This document shows, one piece after another, positions 1 through 13,109 of a stretch of DNA of 64,000 bases. The notes under the pieces were generated by a model. It had not been told where the DNA came from and searched no databases. It saw only the letters and a list, made by a program, of their open reading frames with translations. The stretch's first letter is position 1. Each line of letters opens with the position of its first letter. Source of the stretch: Macrostomum lignano (taxonomy: Eukaryota); assembly GCA_002269645.1 (NCBI GenBank), contig NIVC01001848.1:166442-230441 (forward strand), written 5' to 3'. The position numbers and the translations under genes are program-made.

Positions 1-654
1 TACGCACAGAATGGCAGAGGCAAGGAGAGCAGCGGAAGCGCTACCACTGAATGCAGAGAAGGACCCGAAAGCTCTGTGCATGGCTAAATGACTGGGTTCG
101 AAAATCTCCACAGAGAAGAGAGGAAAAAGGGATGAAGAGAGAGAGAGAGGGACAGAATGCCATTCATCAAAGCTTAATGGTGTCTAAAAGTTCAACTACC
201 ACTGAAAACGTGAGCCAATTTGGAGCCGAAGCGGATGAAGGGAAGGGGCAGCTGAGGGCGGGAGAGAGGAATGGCTGGCAGGGCCATTGTGCGCGCAGCA
301 ATGCAATCGATCACGGAGGGGAGTCCCCAGCCAGCCTGCCTGTGCAGATTGGGGAAGGCGAATACGAGCTACTCGCTTCCCGTGGAAAATTATTCGATCA
401 TAAGCCCGGTGCTGCCCAGGCCTCGGAGCACACGCAGTGCTCATTGGGAGCTGGGAGCTTCTGAGTGACTGCCTGCCTGTCTGTCAACCGTTTTCATCTG
501 CCTTCGGCCCAATCAGTCACGTTTCATTCTGCTTGGGGCAGCGCTGTGCTCGAGGTCCGGCTCGTTCTCCCCTCATTTTGCTCTTTTCCCAGCTCGTTGT
601 CCCGTTTTCTTTTTCTCATTTCCGCGTCCTGAGCGGTCATTCTCCTCTATATGA

Positions 655-1610
655 ACTCTCTAGTCTGTCTGTTCTGTCTCGCTGTGATGTATCTGTGTCT
701 GTTCTGTCTCACTGTGATGTATCTGTGTCTGTTCTGTCTCGCTGTGATGTACCTGTATCTGTTCTGTCTCACTGTGATGTATCTGTGTCTGTTCTGTCTC
801 GCTGTGATGTACCTGTGTCTGTTCTGTCTCGCTGTGATGTACCTGTGTCTGTTCTGTCTCGCTGTGATGTACGTGTGTCTGTTCTGTCTCGCTGTAATGT
901 ACGTGTGTCTGTTCTGTCTCGCTGTGATGTACATGTGTCTGTTCTGTCTTGCTGTGATGTATGTGTGTCTGTTCTGTCTCACTGTGATGTACGTGTGTCT
1001 GTTCTGTCTCGCTGTGATGTATCTGTGTCTGTTCTGTCTCGCTGTGATGTACGTGTGTCTGTTCTGTCTCGCTGTGATGTACGTGTGTCTGTTCTGTCTC
1101 GCTGTGATGTATGTGTGTCTGTTCTGTCTCGCTGTGATGTATGTGTGTCTGTTCTGTCTCGCTGTGATGTACCTGTGTCTGTTCTGTCTCGCTGTGATGT
1201 ATGTGTGTCTGTTCTGTCTCGCTGTGCTGTATCTGTGTCTGTTCTGTCTCGCTGTGATGTATCTGTGTCTGTTCTGTCTCGCTGTGCTGTATCTGTGTCT
1301 GTTCTGTCTCGCTGTGATGTACGTGTGTCTGTTCTGTCTCGCTGTGATGTATGTGTGTCTGTTCTGTCTCGCTGTGATGTACATGTGTCTGTTCTGTCTT
1401 GCTGTGATGTATGTGTGTCTGTTCTGTCTCACTGTGATGTATCTGTGTCTGTTCTGTCTCGCTGTGATGTACGTGTGTCTGTTCTGTCTCGCTGTGATGT
1501 ATCTGTGTCTGTTCTGTCTCGCTGTGCTGTATCTGTGTCTGTTCTGTCTTGCTGTGATGTACCTGTGTCTGTTCTGTCTCACTGTGATGTATCTGTGTCT
1601 GTTCTGTCTC
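655..1610. repeat. 30-bp minisatellite (GTCTGTTCTGTCTCGCTGTGATGTATCTGT), about 32 units
   Basis: Visible 30-bp period; explains the repetitive ORFs at 437-1735, 647-1633, 651-1658 and 660-1637. Confidence 0.97.
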
Positions 1611-2439
1611 TGTTCCATCATAATCAACCTCACTCACTATTCACAGAAAGTGCAGTAGTCAAGCAGCCTTTCACGGGACATCTCCCGTGTTGTTTATTAT
1701 CCAGCCCAGCCTCTCGAATGCAGTTCTGTCTTTAGCCAAGCTTCTTCAACTTTTCCTATCTCTCTCCAAATTCCTTCGCAGCCAGAAGCAGACAGAAGCG
1801 CATTGAGAGCAGAGAGAACATGCAGCTGGATGAATACCTGTACCTGCGCCCCCCCCTTCTCCTCCGCGTGGCAGCTGCTGCCTCGCGTGCTGCTTGGCAT
1901 TACAGCTGCTTTGCCTGCCTGCCAGCTTTGTGTCTTGCCGTCTTTTTTCCCAGCCCGGCGAGCAAGGGCGACACTTGTTGCTCTTCTTTATCCCCTGTGG
2001 CAGCCCACACGTTTCTTGGCGTTTTTTTCGCCTTTTTTCTGTCATAAAAATTCATATTTGGACTGAAATTCCCATTCAAATGATTCCCCAATGCACTCTT
2101 GCCGAGCGCAGTATGCTTTGCTTTGCCTTGTTCGACTCTCTTCCCAGCTGTTGCGTGGGCATTGCTAAATCCGACTCCTTGTTCTCTCTTTCTCTCCTGC
2201 CAGTTCTTCCCCTTTTATTTCTTACCCCAAGTCTCTGCTAGCGGATTCTTTAGCGAACGATAAGAAAGTTCTTAAGAATGGCAAAACTAGTCGATTCTTA
2301 TAAAGCACGTTTATATTTCTAGGAAACAATAGAAAAAACCTGTCAATTTTTTAGAAAAACCGACTAAAACCATGTCTGTTTTTTCGAAGCATGAGCAGAT
2401 CCGTGTGACTTTCAGAGCAACAGGCCTATTTTTGTGTTT

Positions 2440-3010
2440 GTTTGTTTCTTAGAAGCATGAGCAAAGTCACGTCGCTTTCTAAGAAAAACAGTTAGATTCA
2501 CGTCGCTTTCTTAGAAAACGGTTAGATTCACATCGCTTTCTTAGAAAACGGTTAGATTCACGTCGCTTTCTTAGAAAACGGCTACATTTATGTCGCTTTC
2601 TTAAAAACGGTTAGATTTATGTCGCTTTCTTAGAACAAACGGTTAGATTCACATCACTTTCTTAGAAAAACGGTTAAGATTCGCTTCGCTTTCTTAGAAA
2701 AACGGATAAATTCACGTCGCTTTCTTAAAAACGGTTAAATTTATGTCGCTTTCTTAGAACAAACGGTTAGATTCACATCGCTTTCTTAGAAAAACGGTTA
2801 AGATTCGCTTCGCTTTCTTAGAAAAACGGTTAGATTTATGTCGCTTTCTTAGAAAAACGGTTAGATTCGCGTCGCTTTCTTAGAAAAAAACGGTTAGATT
2901 CACATCGCTTTCTTAGAAAAACGGTTAGATTCACATCGCTTTCTTAGATAAACGGTTAGATTCGCTTCGCTTTCTTATAAAAACGGTCGTATTCACGTCG
3001 ATTTCTTAAA
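2440..3010. repeat. 30-32-bp minisatellite (TTAGATTCACGTCGCTTTCTTAGAAAACGG)
   Basis: Tandem units that differ mainly in A-run length. Confidence 0.93.
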
Positions 3011-3884
3011 AAAACTTTACATTTTCTTGAGAAACAGGCAAATTTCTTAAAGAATAAACCTGAAAAATACTTTCGTAGCAAGAATTCCGGAAAGTACACG
3101 GTTCATTGCTTGTTGTCGAATTTTTCCTGGTGTGTCTGTTTTGCTAAGCCTCTCTGACACTCACCTTTACTTGAGTCGTTGCTACCAGCATTGAAGTCAT
3201 GTGCCTACCGTGACAACAGGATTCAGAAAGCCTCACAAGCCAGCTCCTCCTCCTTGTATCGACCGCCACAGCTGCAGCTGCTATGAGCCAAGGACCCTCA
3301 TCTTAACTGACAGACTTGTTCTCCGTCACATCGACCTGCTGAGACGAAGAAGAATGAGGAAGGCTCTTAGCCCAGGTTGGGTTGCCAATTTTGGATCCCA
3401 ATTGTCAAGTGGCTCCTGGCACACCCCGCCTGTCTTCGTGACTGCAGCGTCTTGCGTTCTCATTTTTCAGCCTCATCGCGTCCGCAGGGAATCGTGTTTT
3501 TTGTCTCAGCTGGCCGGAACACAATTTATTCATTTTTCTTTTTTTATCCACTGTTCCCCTCGAAGGGGTGAGCCGATCAATCAGTCTAAAACAGGTTTTT
3601 GCGTGTTTATTATCAGATATAAAAGGTATATGGACGTCAGTATTTTTTTTTAAATTGAGAAGCTTAATTATTTTTAACAAATTCACGGCTGATAAAAGCC
3701 TGAAATGCTGATTGACGCGATATGACGAATCTGCAGCTAAACCCCGGAGACCATGCTGGTTGTGCGTTTGTCGCTTATGACTATCGTCTGTTTCTTTGAA
3801 AATCTTCTATTGCTGGGCGATAGGCCTCCCTCCCATGAGGTTTGTGAGATTCGTTTTTGATAGACAGAAAGGAGACTTTGTTAC

Positions 3885-5395
3885 TAGAGAGTTTAACTCA
3901 ATGATTAGATATCGGAGAGAATGACTCACTGATTAGATATCGGAGAGATTGACTCAATGGTTAGATATCGGAGAGAGTGACTCAAAGATATCGGAGAGAG
4001 TGACTCACTGATTAGATATCGGAGAGATTGACTCAATGGTTAGATATCGGAGAGATTGACTCAATGATTAGATATCGGACAGATTGACTCAATGATTAAA
4101 TATCGGAGAGAGAGACTCAATGATTAGATATCGGAGAGAGAGACTCAATGATTAGATATCGGAGAGAGTGACTCAATGATTAGATATCGGAGAGAATGAC
4201 TCAATGATTAGATATCGGAGAGATTGACTCAATGATTAGGTATCGGAGAGAGTGACTCAATGATTAGGTATCGGAGAGAGTGACTCAATGATTAGATATC
4301 GGAGAGAGAGACTCAATGATTAGATATAGGAGAGATTGACTCAATGATTAGATATCGGAGAGAGAGACTCAATGATTAGATATCGGAGAGAGTGACTCAA
4401 TGATTAGATATCGGAGAGAGTGACTCAATGATTAGATATCGGAGAGATTGACTCAATGATTAGGTATCGGAGAGAGAGACTCAATGATTAGATATCGGAG
4501 AGAGTGACTCAATGATTAGATATCGGAGAGAGTGACTCAATGATTAAATATCGGAGAGATTGACTCAATGATTAGATATCGGAGAGAGTGACTCAATGAT
4601 TAGATATCGGAGAGAGTGACTCAATGATTAGATATCGGAGAGAGAGACTCAATGATTAGATATCGGAGAGAGACTCAATGATTAGATATCGGAGAGATTG
4701 ACTCAATGATTAGATAATGGAGAGAGGGACTCAATGATTAGATATCGGAGAGAGACTCAATGATTAGATATCGGAGAGAGTGACTCAATGATTAGATATC
4801 GGAAACAGTGACTCAATGATTAGATATCGGAGAGAGAGACTCAATGATTAGATATCGGAGAGAGTGACTCAATGATTAGATATCGGAGAGAGTGACTCAA
4901 TGATTAGATATCGGAGAGAGACTCAATGATTAGATATCGGAGAGAGTGACTCAATGATTAGATATCGGAGACAGTGACTCAATGATTAGATATCGGAGAG
5001 AGAGACTCAATGATTAGATATCGGAGAGAGTGACTCAATGATTAGATATCGGAAACAGTGACTCAATGATTAGATATCGGAGAGAGAGACTCAATGATTA
5101 GATATCGGAGAGAGTGACTCAATGATTAGATATCGGAGAGAGTGACTCAATGATTAGATATCGGAGAGAGACTCAATGATTAGATATCGGAGAGAGTGAC
5201 TCAATGATTAGATATCGGAGACAGTGACTCAATGATTAGATATCGGAGAGAGAGACTCAATGATTAGATATCGGAGAGAGAGACTCAATGATTAGATATC
5301 GGAGAGAGTGACTCAATGATTAGATATCGGAGAGAGTGATTCAATGATTAGATATCGGAGAGCGTGACTCAATGATTAGATATCGGAGAGAGAGA
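3885..5395. repeat. 28-bp minisatellite (TCAATGATTAGATATCGGAGAGAGTGAC); many units contain TGACTCA
   Basis: Visible 28-bp period; 250-bp higher-order duplication (block at 4801 recurs at 5051). Confidence 0.97.
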
Positions 5396-6430
5396 CAAAG
5401 GCTACACCGATAGGAGAGAGTGGGGTTAAGCCAGAGACACCGATTCACTCAAGTGAGCCTAGCTAAAGCTGATGACAGTATATTCTGCGTCCTTTGTCTT
5501 TCCCAGTCTAATGAGGAGCTAGTCGTGCCCATGTACTTCTATCACAAAAGCTCCACAACACGCCTGTTGCTGGCTTATCCAGCTTTGCACTTTTGGCACG
5601 AAAAGTCCTCACCCTCAATTATCTGGAGAGAAGCACCTGCCCTGTAGCAGCTCTGTCAGTTTTGAGCATCAGCTGAAGCATCTGGACTAATTAACCAACC
5701 TGGTCTTTTGTCCCTCTCTGCCTCGAGTCACGAAGTGCTTCACGTTCGTTGAGTCAATCTCTTGCTCTCCTCCAACCCCTCTAGAAGTCGGTCTTCCCCA
5801 CTCAAAATTTTGTCCGTGGGTGGACAACTTTATACAAATCAATAATACAATAATATATTTGCGAGATTCACCAGATACTGTACGCAGGCCGGCACTCACA
5901 CACACACTCACACAGGGTGTATAGGGCCCGTTGTTGACTTTCTATAAATAGTCAGATATGTCACACTTTCTGTGCCTTAGGGGTTGGTGTAAATCGCTTG
6001 ACAACCTTATTTCTGTGCACAAGTCTGATTTTTTTAGTCAGACGCGTTCTACTGCTGAGCTTCGTGGTGGAGAACCCAGCCAGCAACCCGAAAATGGAAA
6101 GCTGATCCTTGGGAAGCCAGAGTTGAAGCAAACTTGATTTCAAACATCTGCCTAAAAAGTTGCCCTATGCGAGAAATTTGACACCCGCACCTCATCGCGG
6201 CCAGCCTCACCCAATCTTTTTCTGTTTCATTTTTCGCCTTTGCTTATCGCTTCCTCGTACAATGCTCGTACTTTTTCATGCTTTTACTTGTGCAAAGGTA
6301 AAGAGGAGCTTACTAGGGGGACACCGGGAGGGGAGAGCTTGGCAACAAAAAGATGAGCTGAAGGGAGATTCAAAAAGTAAAAAATTGTCATTGAATTCCA
6401 GATACTGAATTTTAAAGCAGTGTCTTGGGA

Positions 6431-6864
6431 AGTTCCGGTGTGAGATTCAATGCAGTTCCGGTGTGAGATTCAATGCAGTTCCGGTGTGAGATTCAGTGCA
6501 GTTCCGGTGTGAGATTCAGTGCAGTTCCGGTGTGAGATTCAATGCAGTTCCGGTGTGAGATTCAATGCAGTTCCGGTGTGAGATTCAATGCAGTTCCGGT
6601 GTGATATTCAATGCAGTTCCGGTGTGAGATTCAATGCAGTTCCGGTGTGAGATTCAATGCAGTTCCGGTGTGAGATTCAGTGCAGTTCCGGTGTGAGATT
6701 CAGTGCAGTTCCGGTGTGAGATTCAATGCAGTTCCGGTGTGAGATTCAATGCAGTTCCGGTGTGAGATTCAATGCAGTTCCGGTGTGAGATTCAGTGCAG
6801 TTCCGGTGTGAGATTCAGTGCAGTTCCGGTGTGAGATTCAGTGCAGTTCCGGTGTGAGATTCAA
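6431..6864. repeat. 23-bp minisatellite (GTTCCGGTGTGAGATTCAATGCA)
   Basis: Near-perfect tandem units. Confidence 0.97.
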
Positions 6865-7479
6865 GGTTCTCCATGGCTCAATGTTTTCGAGACTTAAAGA
6901 AAGATAATCGCAACAGTGACTATTCGCAGGCAATTAGCAAGCCCTAATCATGCGTTGGTCCTAATTAGGCATCAGCGCAGCGTGTCGTGAATCCTGACTC
7001 GCAAAATTGTCGAGTCGCATGCAGACTAATCCGGACAGGCCATGGCTGATCCAGAAGTGAGAAGTCCAGAAGTGAGACGGGAAAACAGGAGAGAAAGGAG
7101 ACAGATAATAAGGGTGACTGATGCCTCGCATTAGCCCCTCAGCTGCTCCAGCCTGTGGCCCAAATATCCGACTTACCGTCAGGCCGAGTTGCCTTCTTTT
7201 AAAAAATCCTCTACCATCCCGTAGGTCTGAGCACAGATTAAAAGTACAGACTAGAGCTATAATCCCGTATTAGCCAAACACACGGGTGCAGTGATATTTG
7301 ACCGGAACTTAATGCGCTGTCATTCTATCTGAATAACAGATGGATATTGTGACACTGGGATGTGTTGACCCCTGCAGTCTCCATTATTCTAAGAGATACT
7401 GGCCTCTACTCTTTTCCCTCCTCTTCATCATGCCCTGCTTCCCTTTTCTCATTGCCATTCCATGAGGTACCTTTCTCAC

Positions 7480-8025
7480 CAATCTCTCTTCTCTTCCCGG
7501 ATCTCTCTTCTCTCCCCTCTGATCCCGGATCTCCCTTCTCTCCCATCTGATCCCGGATCTCTCTTCTCTCCCATCTGATCCCGGATCTCCCTTCCCTCCC
7601 ATCTGATCCCGGATTTCCCATCTGATCCCGGATCTCCCATCTGATCCCGGATCTCCTATCTGATCACGGATCTCCCATCCGATCACGGATCTTCCATCTG
7701 ATCACAGATCTCCCATCTGATCCCGGATCTTCCATCCGATCCCGGATCTCTCTTCTCTCCCCTCTGATCCCGGATCTCCCTTCTCTCTCATCTGATCCCG
7801 GATCTCACATCTGATCCCGGATCTCTCTTCTCTCCCATCTGATCCCGGATCTCCCTTCCCTCCCATCTGATCCCGGATCTCTCTTCTCTCCCATCTGATC
7901 CCGGATCTCCCTTCCCTCCTATCTGATCCCAGATCTCTCATCTGATCCCTGATCTCCTATCTGATCACAGATCTCCCATCTGATCCCGGATCTTCCATCC
8001 GATCCCGGATCTCTCTTCTCTCCTG
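7480..8025. repeat. Pyrimidine-rich minisatellite, core CCATCTGATCCCGGATCT with variable CT spacers
   Basis: Repeated core is visible; the ORFs here are repeat translations. Confidence 0.9.
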
Positions 8026-8802
8026 TCTCTTCCGATCGAACAGAACTTTTTTACCTGTGCCTTCAGTTGATGCTGAACAAGAAAGCACTGCGGCAAAGAC
8101 GCGGGCAGAGTCGCAAGCCCGATTCCCCGTGTGCATTCCCCATTCCAATTAATTTGTGCACACTGGTTGTCTAAGGCATAAAAAGGGATTGAATCCAATC
8201 TAATTAATTCAGCTGGGGACCCATCTTGAATCAGGCTCCCACCTGCATCTGATTCTGTGACACTTCACGCTAGCAATGTTGTTTTTTGGAAGCAGAGCTG
8301 ATCCGAAATTGCGTTGCTAACGAAATATTTGCCGATCAACTGAGCGCTACCGTTCTATTATTCAAAATATCTAAATATACAGTAATATTATACTACTAGA
8401 TAGTGTAGGTGCAGTAGTAGAAAAGCGTACGTGCATACGATCGTAATTTATTAAGTTATGCTCGATAGGGATATAGAAGGGGATGTGAACTTAAGGCTCC
8501 AGAGGTCGGGTTAACCTCCGCTTCGTCGAGGTCGAAATCGTCTGCCTAAAATTCGTGATACGAACCCCCTTCTTGACGCTAGTTATGTCCCCATCAAGGC
8601 GGGGAAACACAATGAGAGCTGGGGTGGGGGATAGCATAAACATTTTGAGCATTTGAAGCTCCAAATCAGCCGTGGAGAAATCGGGACCCCATGATTCAGG
8701 CTCCATTCTGCAGTCTTAAGTTCACATCCTCTTTTAAAAAGCCTCTATAAAACTCAAATCGAAGACTTCTCTGTATTTTTCCTGCAACACTTCAGCCAGG
8801 CC

Positions 8803-11800
8803 ATGGCCTCCGCAGTCTTCGGCGAGCAAGTGGACAGTCGCCGCCGGCTCCCGGTGCGGCCGATCCTCATCAGCGCTCCCTCTCAGCCAGCCGAAGGCGA
8901 GGAGCCGTCGCAGCCACCGCAGCCGTCGCAGCTGCTGCAGCGTCAGCACCGCCAGTCGATGTCCCAGGAGGCGCTGAAAATGGACGACTTCGACCTCTAC
9001 TGCCGCATCGCCAACAGCCCGGCCAGCATGGGCAACAGCAGCCCGCTGCACAGCCCGGCTGGCTCGGCCATTGCCAAGGTGGACGAGTGGATTCGCAGCC
9101 TGGCCGGCCACGAGCTGGAGGCGCCTGACTTGTCCGGCCCCGGCCAGCAGCAGCCGCAGCAGCAGGGGGGCTTCCTGCGCGTGGAGCAGCCCGGCGGTTG
9201 CCGCATCAACAGGTACCGGTCCAAGTCGCACCGGCTGCGCCGGGAGCGCCACACGATGCTGCCAGCCTCGTCTGCAGCTGCCGCAGTTGCCCCGGCGGCC
9301 AGCCTAGGCGACAGCCTTCGCCGGCCGCGGCTGGGCAGCGCGGGGGGCGCAGAGGCCGCAGCAGCGGGCGCAGCAGCGACGGCGCCTGAGCCTCCGACGG
9401 AGACCCTGGTCCGGGTGCGCAGCTTCAGGCGGACCAAGCGCGGCCTGGTGAACCAAGGTGAGAAAGTGAAATGAATGTGACAGGGATATGATGGGGATAT
9501 GACAGGGATATGATAGGGATATGATAGGGATATGATAGGGAGATGATAGGGATATGATAGGGATATGATAGGGATATGATAGGGAGATGATAGGGATATG
9601 ATAGGGATATGATAGGGATATGATAGGGATATGATGGGGATATGACAGGGATATGATAGGGATATGATAGGGATATGATAGGGATATGATAGGATATGAT
9701 GGGGATGTGATGGGATATGATAGGGATATGATAGGGATATGATAGGGATATGATGGGATATGATAGGGATATGATAGGGATGTGATGGGATATGATAGGG
9801 ATAGGATGGGATATGATAGGGATATGATAGGGATATGATAGGGATATGATGGGATGTGATGGGATATGATAGGGATATGATGGGATATGATGGGGATAGA
9901 ATGGGATATGATAGGGATAGGATGGGATATGATAGGGATATGATGGGATATGATAGGGATATGATGGGATATGATAGGGATATGATGGGATATGATAGGG
10001 ATATGATGGGATATGATAGGGATATGATGGGATATGATAGGGATATGATGGGATATGATGGGGATAGAATGGGATATGATAGGGATAGGATGGGATATGA
10101 TAGGGATATGATGGGATATGATAGGGATATGCGGGCACGGGTTGTCCGCACTGGCTTACGTGTGGAGTGGAAAAAAGACTTACCATTAAAAGTGCACATG
10201 AACTCCTGTCAATCCGAAGGCGACGCCACGGCCGTCGTCAAGGGCGCCCGCAGCAGCTGCAGCCTGCACAGTTCGGCTGCCAGCAGCGACCCGGAGCTCC
10301 GGCTGCATCAGCAGCAGCAGCAGCAGCAGCAGCAGCAATTTCTGCAACCAATCGATCCTCGTTTTATCGGACGGCGGCCCAGCTCAGCTGACCGAGATCA
10401 CCGGTCCGCCTCGCCGCTGCCGCCACTGCCGCCCACCGGCCCGTCGCCTTCGCACGGGCCCGGCGGCTGCACGCGGCTCTGCCGGCGCTCCTGCCGGGTG
10501 CAGGTGGTCGGCGCGCCGCGCGTCGGCAAAACGTCGCTGTGCGCGCAGTTTCTGTCATCTGAGAGTCACGCGCTGAATGCGGCGGGTGAGCTGGCGGGTG
10601 GGGGGATCTGAAGGCCTCCTTCGCAACCTGGTCAGAAACAAAAACTTCATAACCCGAAACCTAATATGAACCCGAAACCTAATATGAACCCGAAACCTAA
10701 TATGAACCCGAAGCCTAATATGAACCCTAAACCGAACAAAAACCCGAAACCGAAAAAAAACCCGAAACCTAATTTGAACCCGAAACCTAATATGAAGCCA
10801 AAACCTGATGTGAACCCGAAACCTAATAATAACCCGAAACCTAATAAGAACCCGAAACCTAACATGAACCCGAAACCTAATAATAACCCGAAACCTAATA
10901 TGAACCCGAAACCTAATAAGAACCCGAAACATCGATATAGGGATAAACATCGTTACTAAACCAAGTAAAAACTTAAAGTATAGCTTTAGAGCTTCAAAGC
11001 TACAGCTTCAAAGAAAAATGTTTTATAGAAACATTTATAAAATCATTGAAAGCATTCTCATTGGCTACTAACAGTAGAATTGTGAGTTTTTGCTTTCGCC
11101 TCTTTTCGCAGCCGATATGCATTAATTTTTCTAATAAACCCACAGAAGATGAGCACGCTGACGTTACGGACGGCGAATCCAAAGAGCGCTACGTTACGGT
11201 GCTGCTGGACGGCGACGAGTATCACGTGACTTTCCTGGACACCGAGGGCCCAGAACTGGTAATGTACATTCCAGTACTAGTGACTTAGAGTTAAAGTACT
11301 TTACAATACCGATGCACTATGGCCTACCATGATTTTGTAGGGCGTGTACATCCTGGACGTTGACGCGTACATGGTAGTCTTTGCCATAGACAATAGACGC
11401 TCCTTCAACGCGGCCAAGCAAGTGCTGAACGAGCTGGTCAGCGAGGCTCGCAAAGCCTCCGCTCTGATTCTGGTGGCTAATAAAGCCGACCTGGTCAGGA
11501 ACAAAGAGGTCACGCACGAAGGTGAGTGGTAGAGCTTGTTGATTCAGAAATAATCTTATATTCTTTACAAACACTCAAGACTAGTCTCTAAACTGACTCA
11601 GGACACCCACCTCACTCCAGACGCCCACCTCACTCCAGACACCCACCTCACTCCAGACACCCACCTCACTCCAGACACCCACCTCACTCCAGACACCCAC
11701 CTCACTCCAGACACCCACCTCACTCCAGACACCCACCTCACTCCAGACACCCACCTCACTCCAGACACCCACCTCACTCTATACAACCACCTCACTCCAG

Positions 11801-12136
11801 ACGCCCACCTCAAAATCAAAGATAAAACTCACCCACTATTTGCATCCAACAGAGGCCAAGAACTTGGCCGCAGTTTACGGCGCAATGTTCATGGAGGTGT
11901 CAACGGCGCTGCACCACCAGGTGGACGAGCTGTTGGTCGGCACGCTGAGCCAGGTTCAAGCCCGGCAGCGCCGTATGCAGAAGGAGAAAGAGAAGCTGCT
12001 CTGCTTGGAGCGGGATGGCGGCCGGGGACTGCGGGCCTCCCTAAGGCTGCGCTCGCCAAGGCGCATGGTTGGCGCCTTCATCAAGAAGCACTTCTCATCT
12101 AGGTCGTGCGAGAACCTCGACAAGGAGACCGCTTAA
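8803..12136 (+). CDS. RGK-family (Rad/Gem/Rem-like) Ras-related GTPase, 5 exons, about 532 aa
   Basis: Exons 8803-9457, 10220-10585, 11146-11258, 11341-11521, 11853-12136; all GT..AG and phase-compatible, total 1599 nt. G1 GAPRVGKTS, atypical G3 DTEG, G4 NKAD, G5 EVSTA, N-terminal RVRSFRRTKRGLVNQGD motif, basic tail ending SRSCENL (cf. RGK KSKSCHDL). Confidence 0.88.
9480..10130. repeat. GGGATATGATA-type 10-11-bp minisatellite in RGK intron 1
   Basis: Tandem units lying between donor 9458 and acceptor 10219. Confidence 0.95.
10648..10930. repeat. 18-bp telomere-like minisatellite (AACCCGAAACCTAATATG) in RGK intron 2
   Basis: Visible tandem units; degenerate AACCCT-like core. Confidence 0.93.
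11600..11810. repeat. 18-bp minisatellite (ACACCCACCTCACTCCAG) in RGK intron 4
   Basis: Near-perfect tandem units. Confidence 0.96.
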
Positions 12137-12344
12137 ATTAATTGGCAATTTTTCTAATTCAAAGCTTGTCGCTAAATAGACTTGATCATTGAATTAATAT
12201 AATTAAAGTGCTTAACACGCTGATTTTACTGTACAAAAATGTATGACTGTGTGACTCACAGTGACTGTAGATACTAAGAAACTTGTGCAAGGCAAGCAAC
12301 CTAATACATTTTATCGATTTAAACTTGCCATGCCATCCATTTCT

Positions 12345-12772
12345 AGCCCAAACCAAAACGGGAAACAGTGTACATTTCCAGCCCAAACCGAGACAAGAAA
12401 CAGTGTACATTTCTAGCCCAAACCGAGACGGGAAACAGTGTACATTTCTAGCCCAAACCGAGACAAGAAACAGTGTACATTTCTAGCCCAAACCGAGACG
12501 GGAAACAGTGTACATTTCTAGCCCAAACCGAGACAAGAAACAGTGTACATTTCTAGCCCAAACCGAGACGGGAAACAGTGTACATTTCTAGCCCAAACCG
12601 AGACGAGAAACAGTGTACATTTCTAGCCCAAACCGAGACGGGAAACAGTGTACATTTCTAGCCCAAACAGAGACGGGAAACAGTGTACATTTCTTAGCCC
12701 AAACAGAGACGGGAAACAGTGTACATTTCTAGCCCAAACAGAGACGGGAAACAGTGTAGATTTCTAGCCCAT
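12345..12772. repeat. 35-bp minisatellite (TTCTAGCCCAAACCGAGACGGGAAACAGTGTACAT)
   Basis: About 12 tandem units downstream of the RGK stop codon. Confidence 0.96.
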
Positions 12773-13070
12773 ATTTCCATATTTAGTTCGTGCACATTTC
12801 AATCGCATTCAATTTTTTCAAAAGATCTTTAACCTAAAAATTATTCCTTAATAATAATGATAACGGTTAGTAACCTTCTCTAACAAAATATTCTGTATTT
12901 GCTGATCTCACTAAACGGATGAACTGCAGAAATTTGCTTTACAACTTTGGCTGTTTTTAATAATATTCCATAGTTCGATAACAATATGATACTGATTGCA
13001 CCAGAGGCTACCTTTTCTAATGATGCGATTATTTGTGCTTGACAAAATGTTTTAGTTTACGTATTAAATA

Positions 13071-13109
13071 CAAGGACTTCTAGACTAACTTCTAGTCTAG
13101 AAGTCCTTG
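13071..13109. mobile_element. 39-bp hairpin element (16-bp TIRs CAAGGACTTCTAGACT, 8-bp TSD ATTAAATA), hAT-like minimal MITE
   Basis: Perfect 16-bp inverted arms with a 7-bp spacer; ATTAAATA at 13063-13070 and 13110-13117; second copy with the same TIRs at 40457-40518. Confidence 0.72.

Noticed and set aside
437-1735. Four long overlapping ORFs (325-432 aa)
   Set aside because: Translations of a stop-free 30-bp repeat open on both strands; no coding evidence.
3885-6864. Regular arrays as possible CRISPR loci
   Set aside because: No unique spacers, no cas genes, eukaryotic context.
9856-10219. MMGYDRD repeat as an N-terminal protein domain
   Set aside because: Lies inside RGK intron 1 (donor 9458, acceptor 10219).
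10648-10930. Interstitial telomere or (NPKP)n protein
   Set aside because: Unit is an 18-bp degenerate minisatellite, not TTAGGG, and is intronic.
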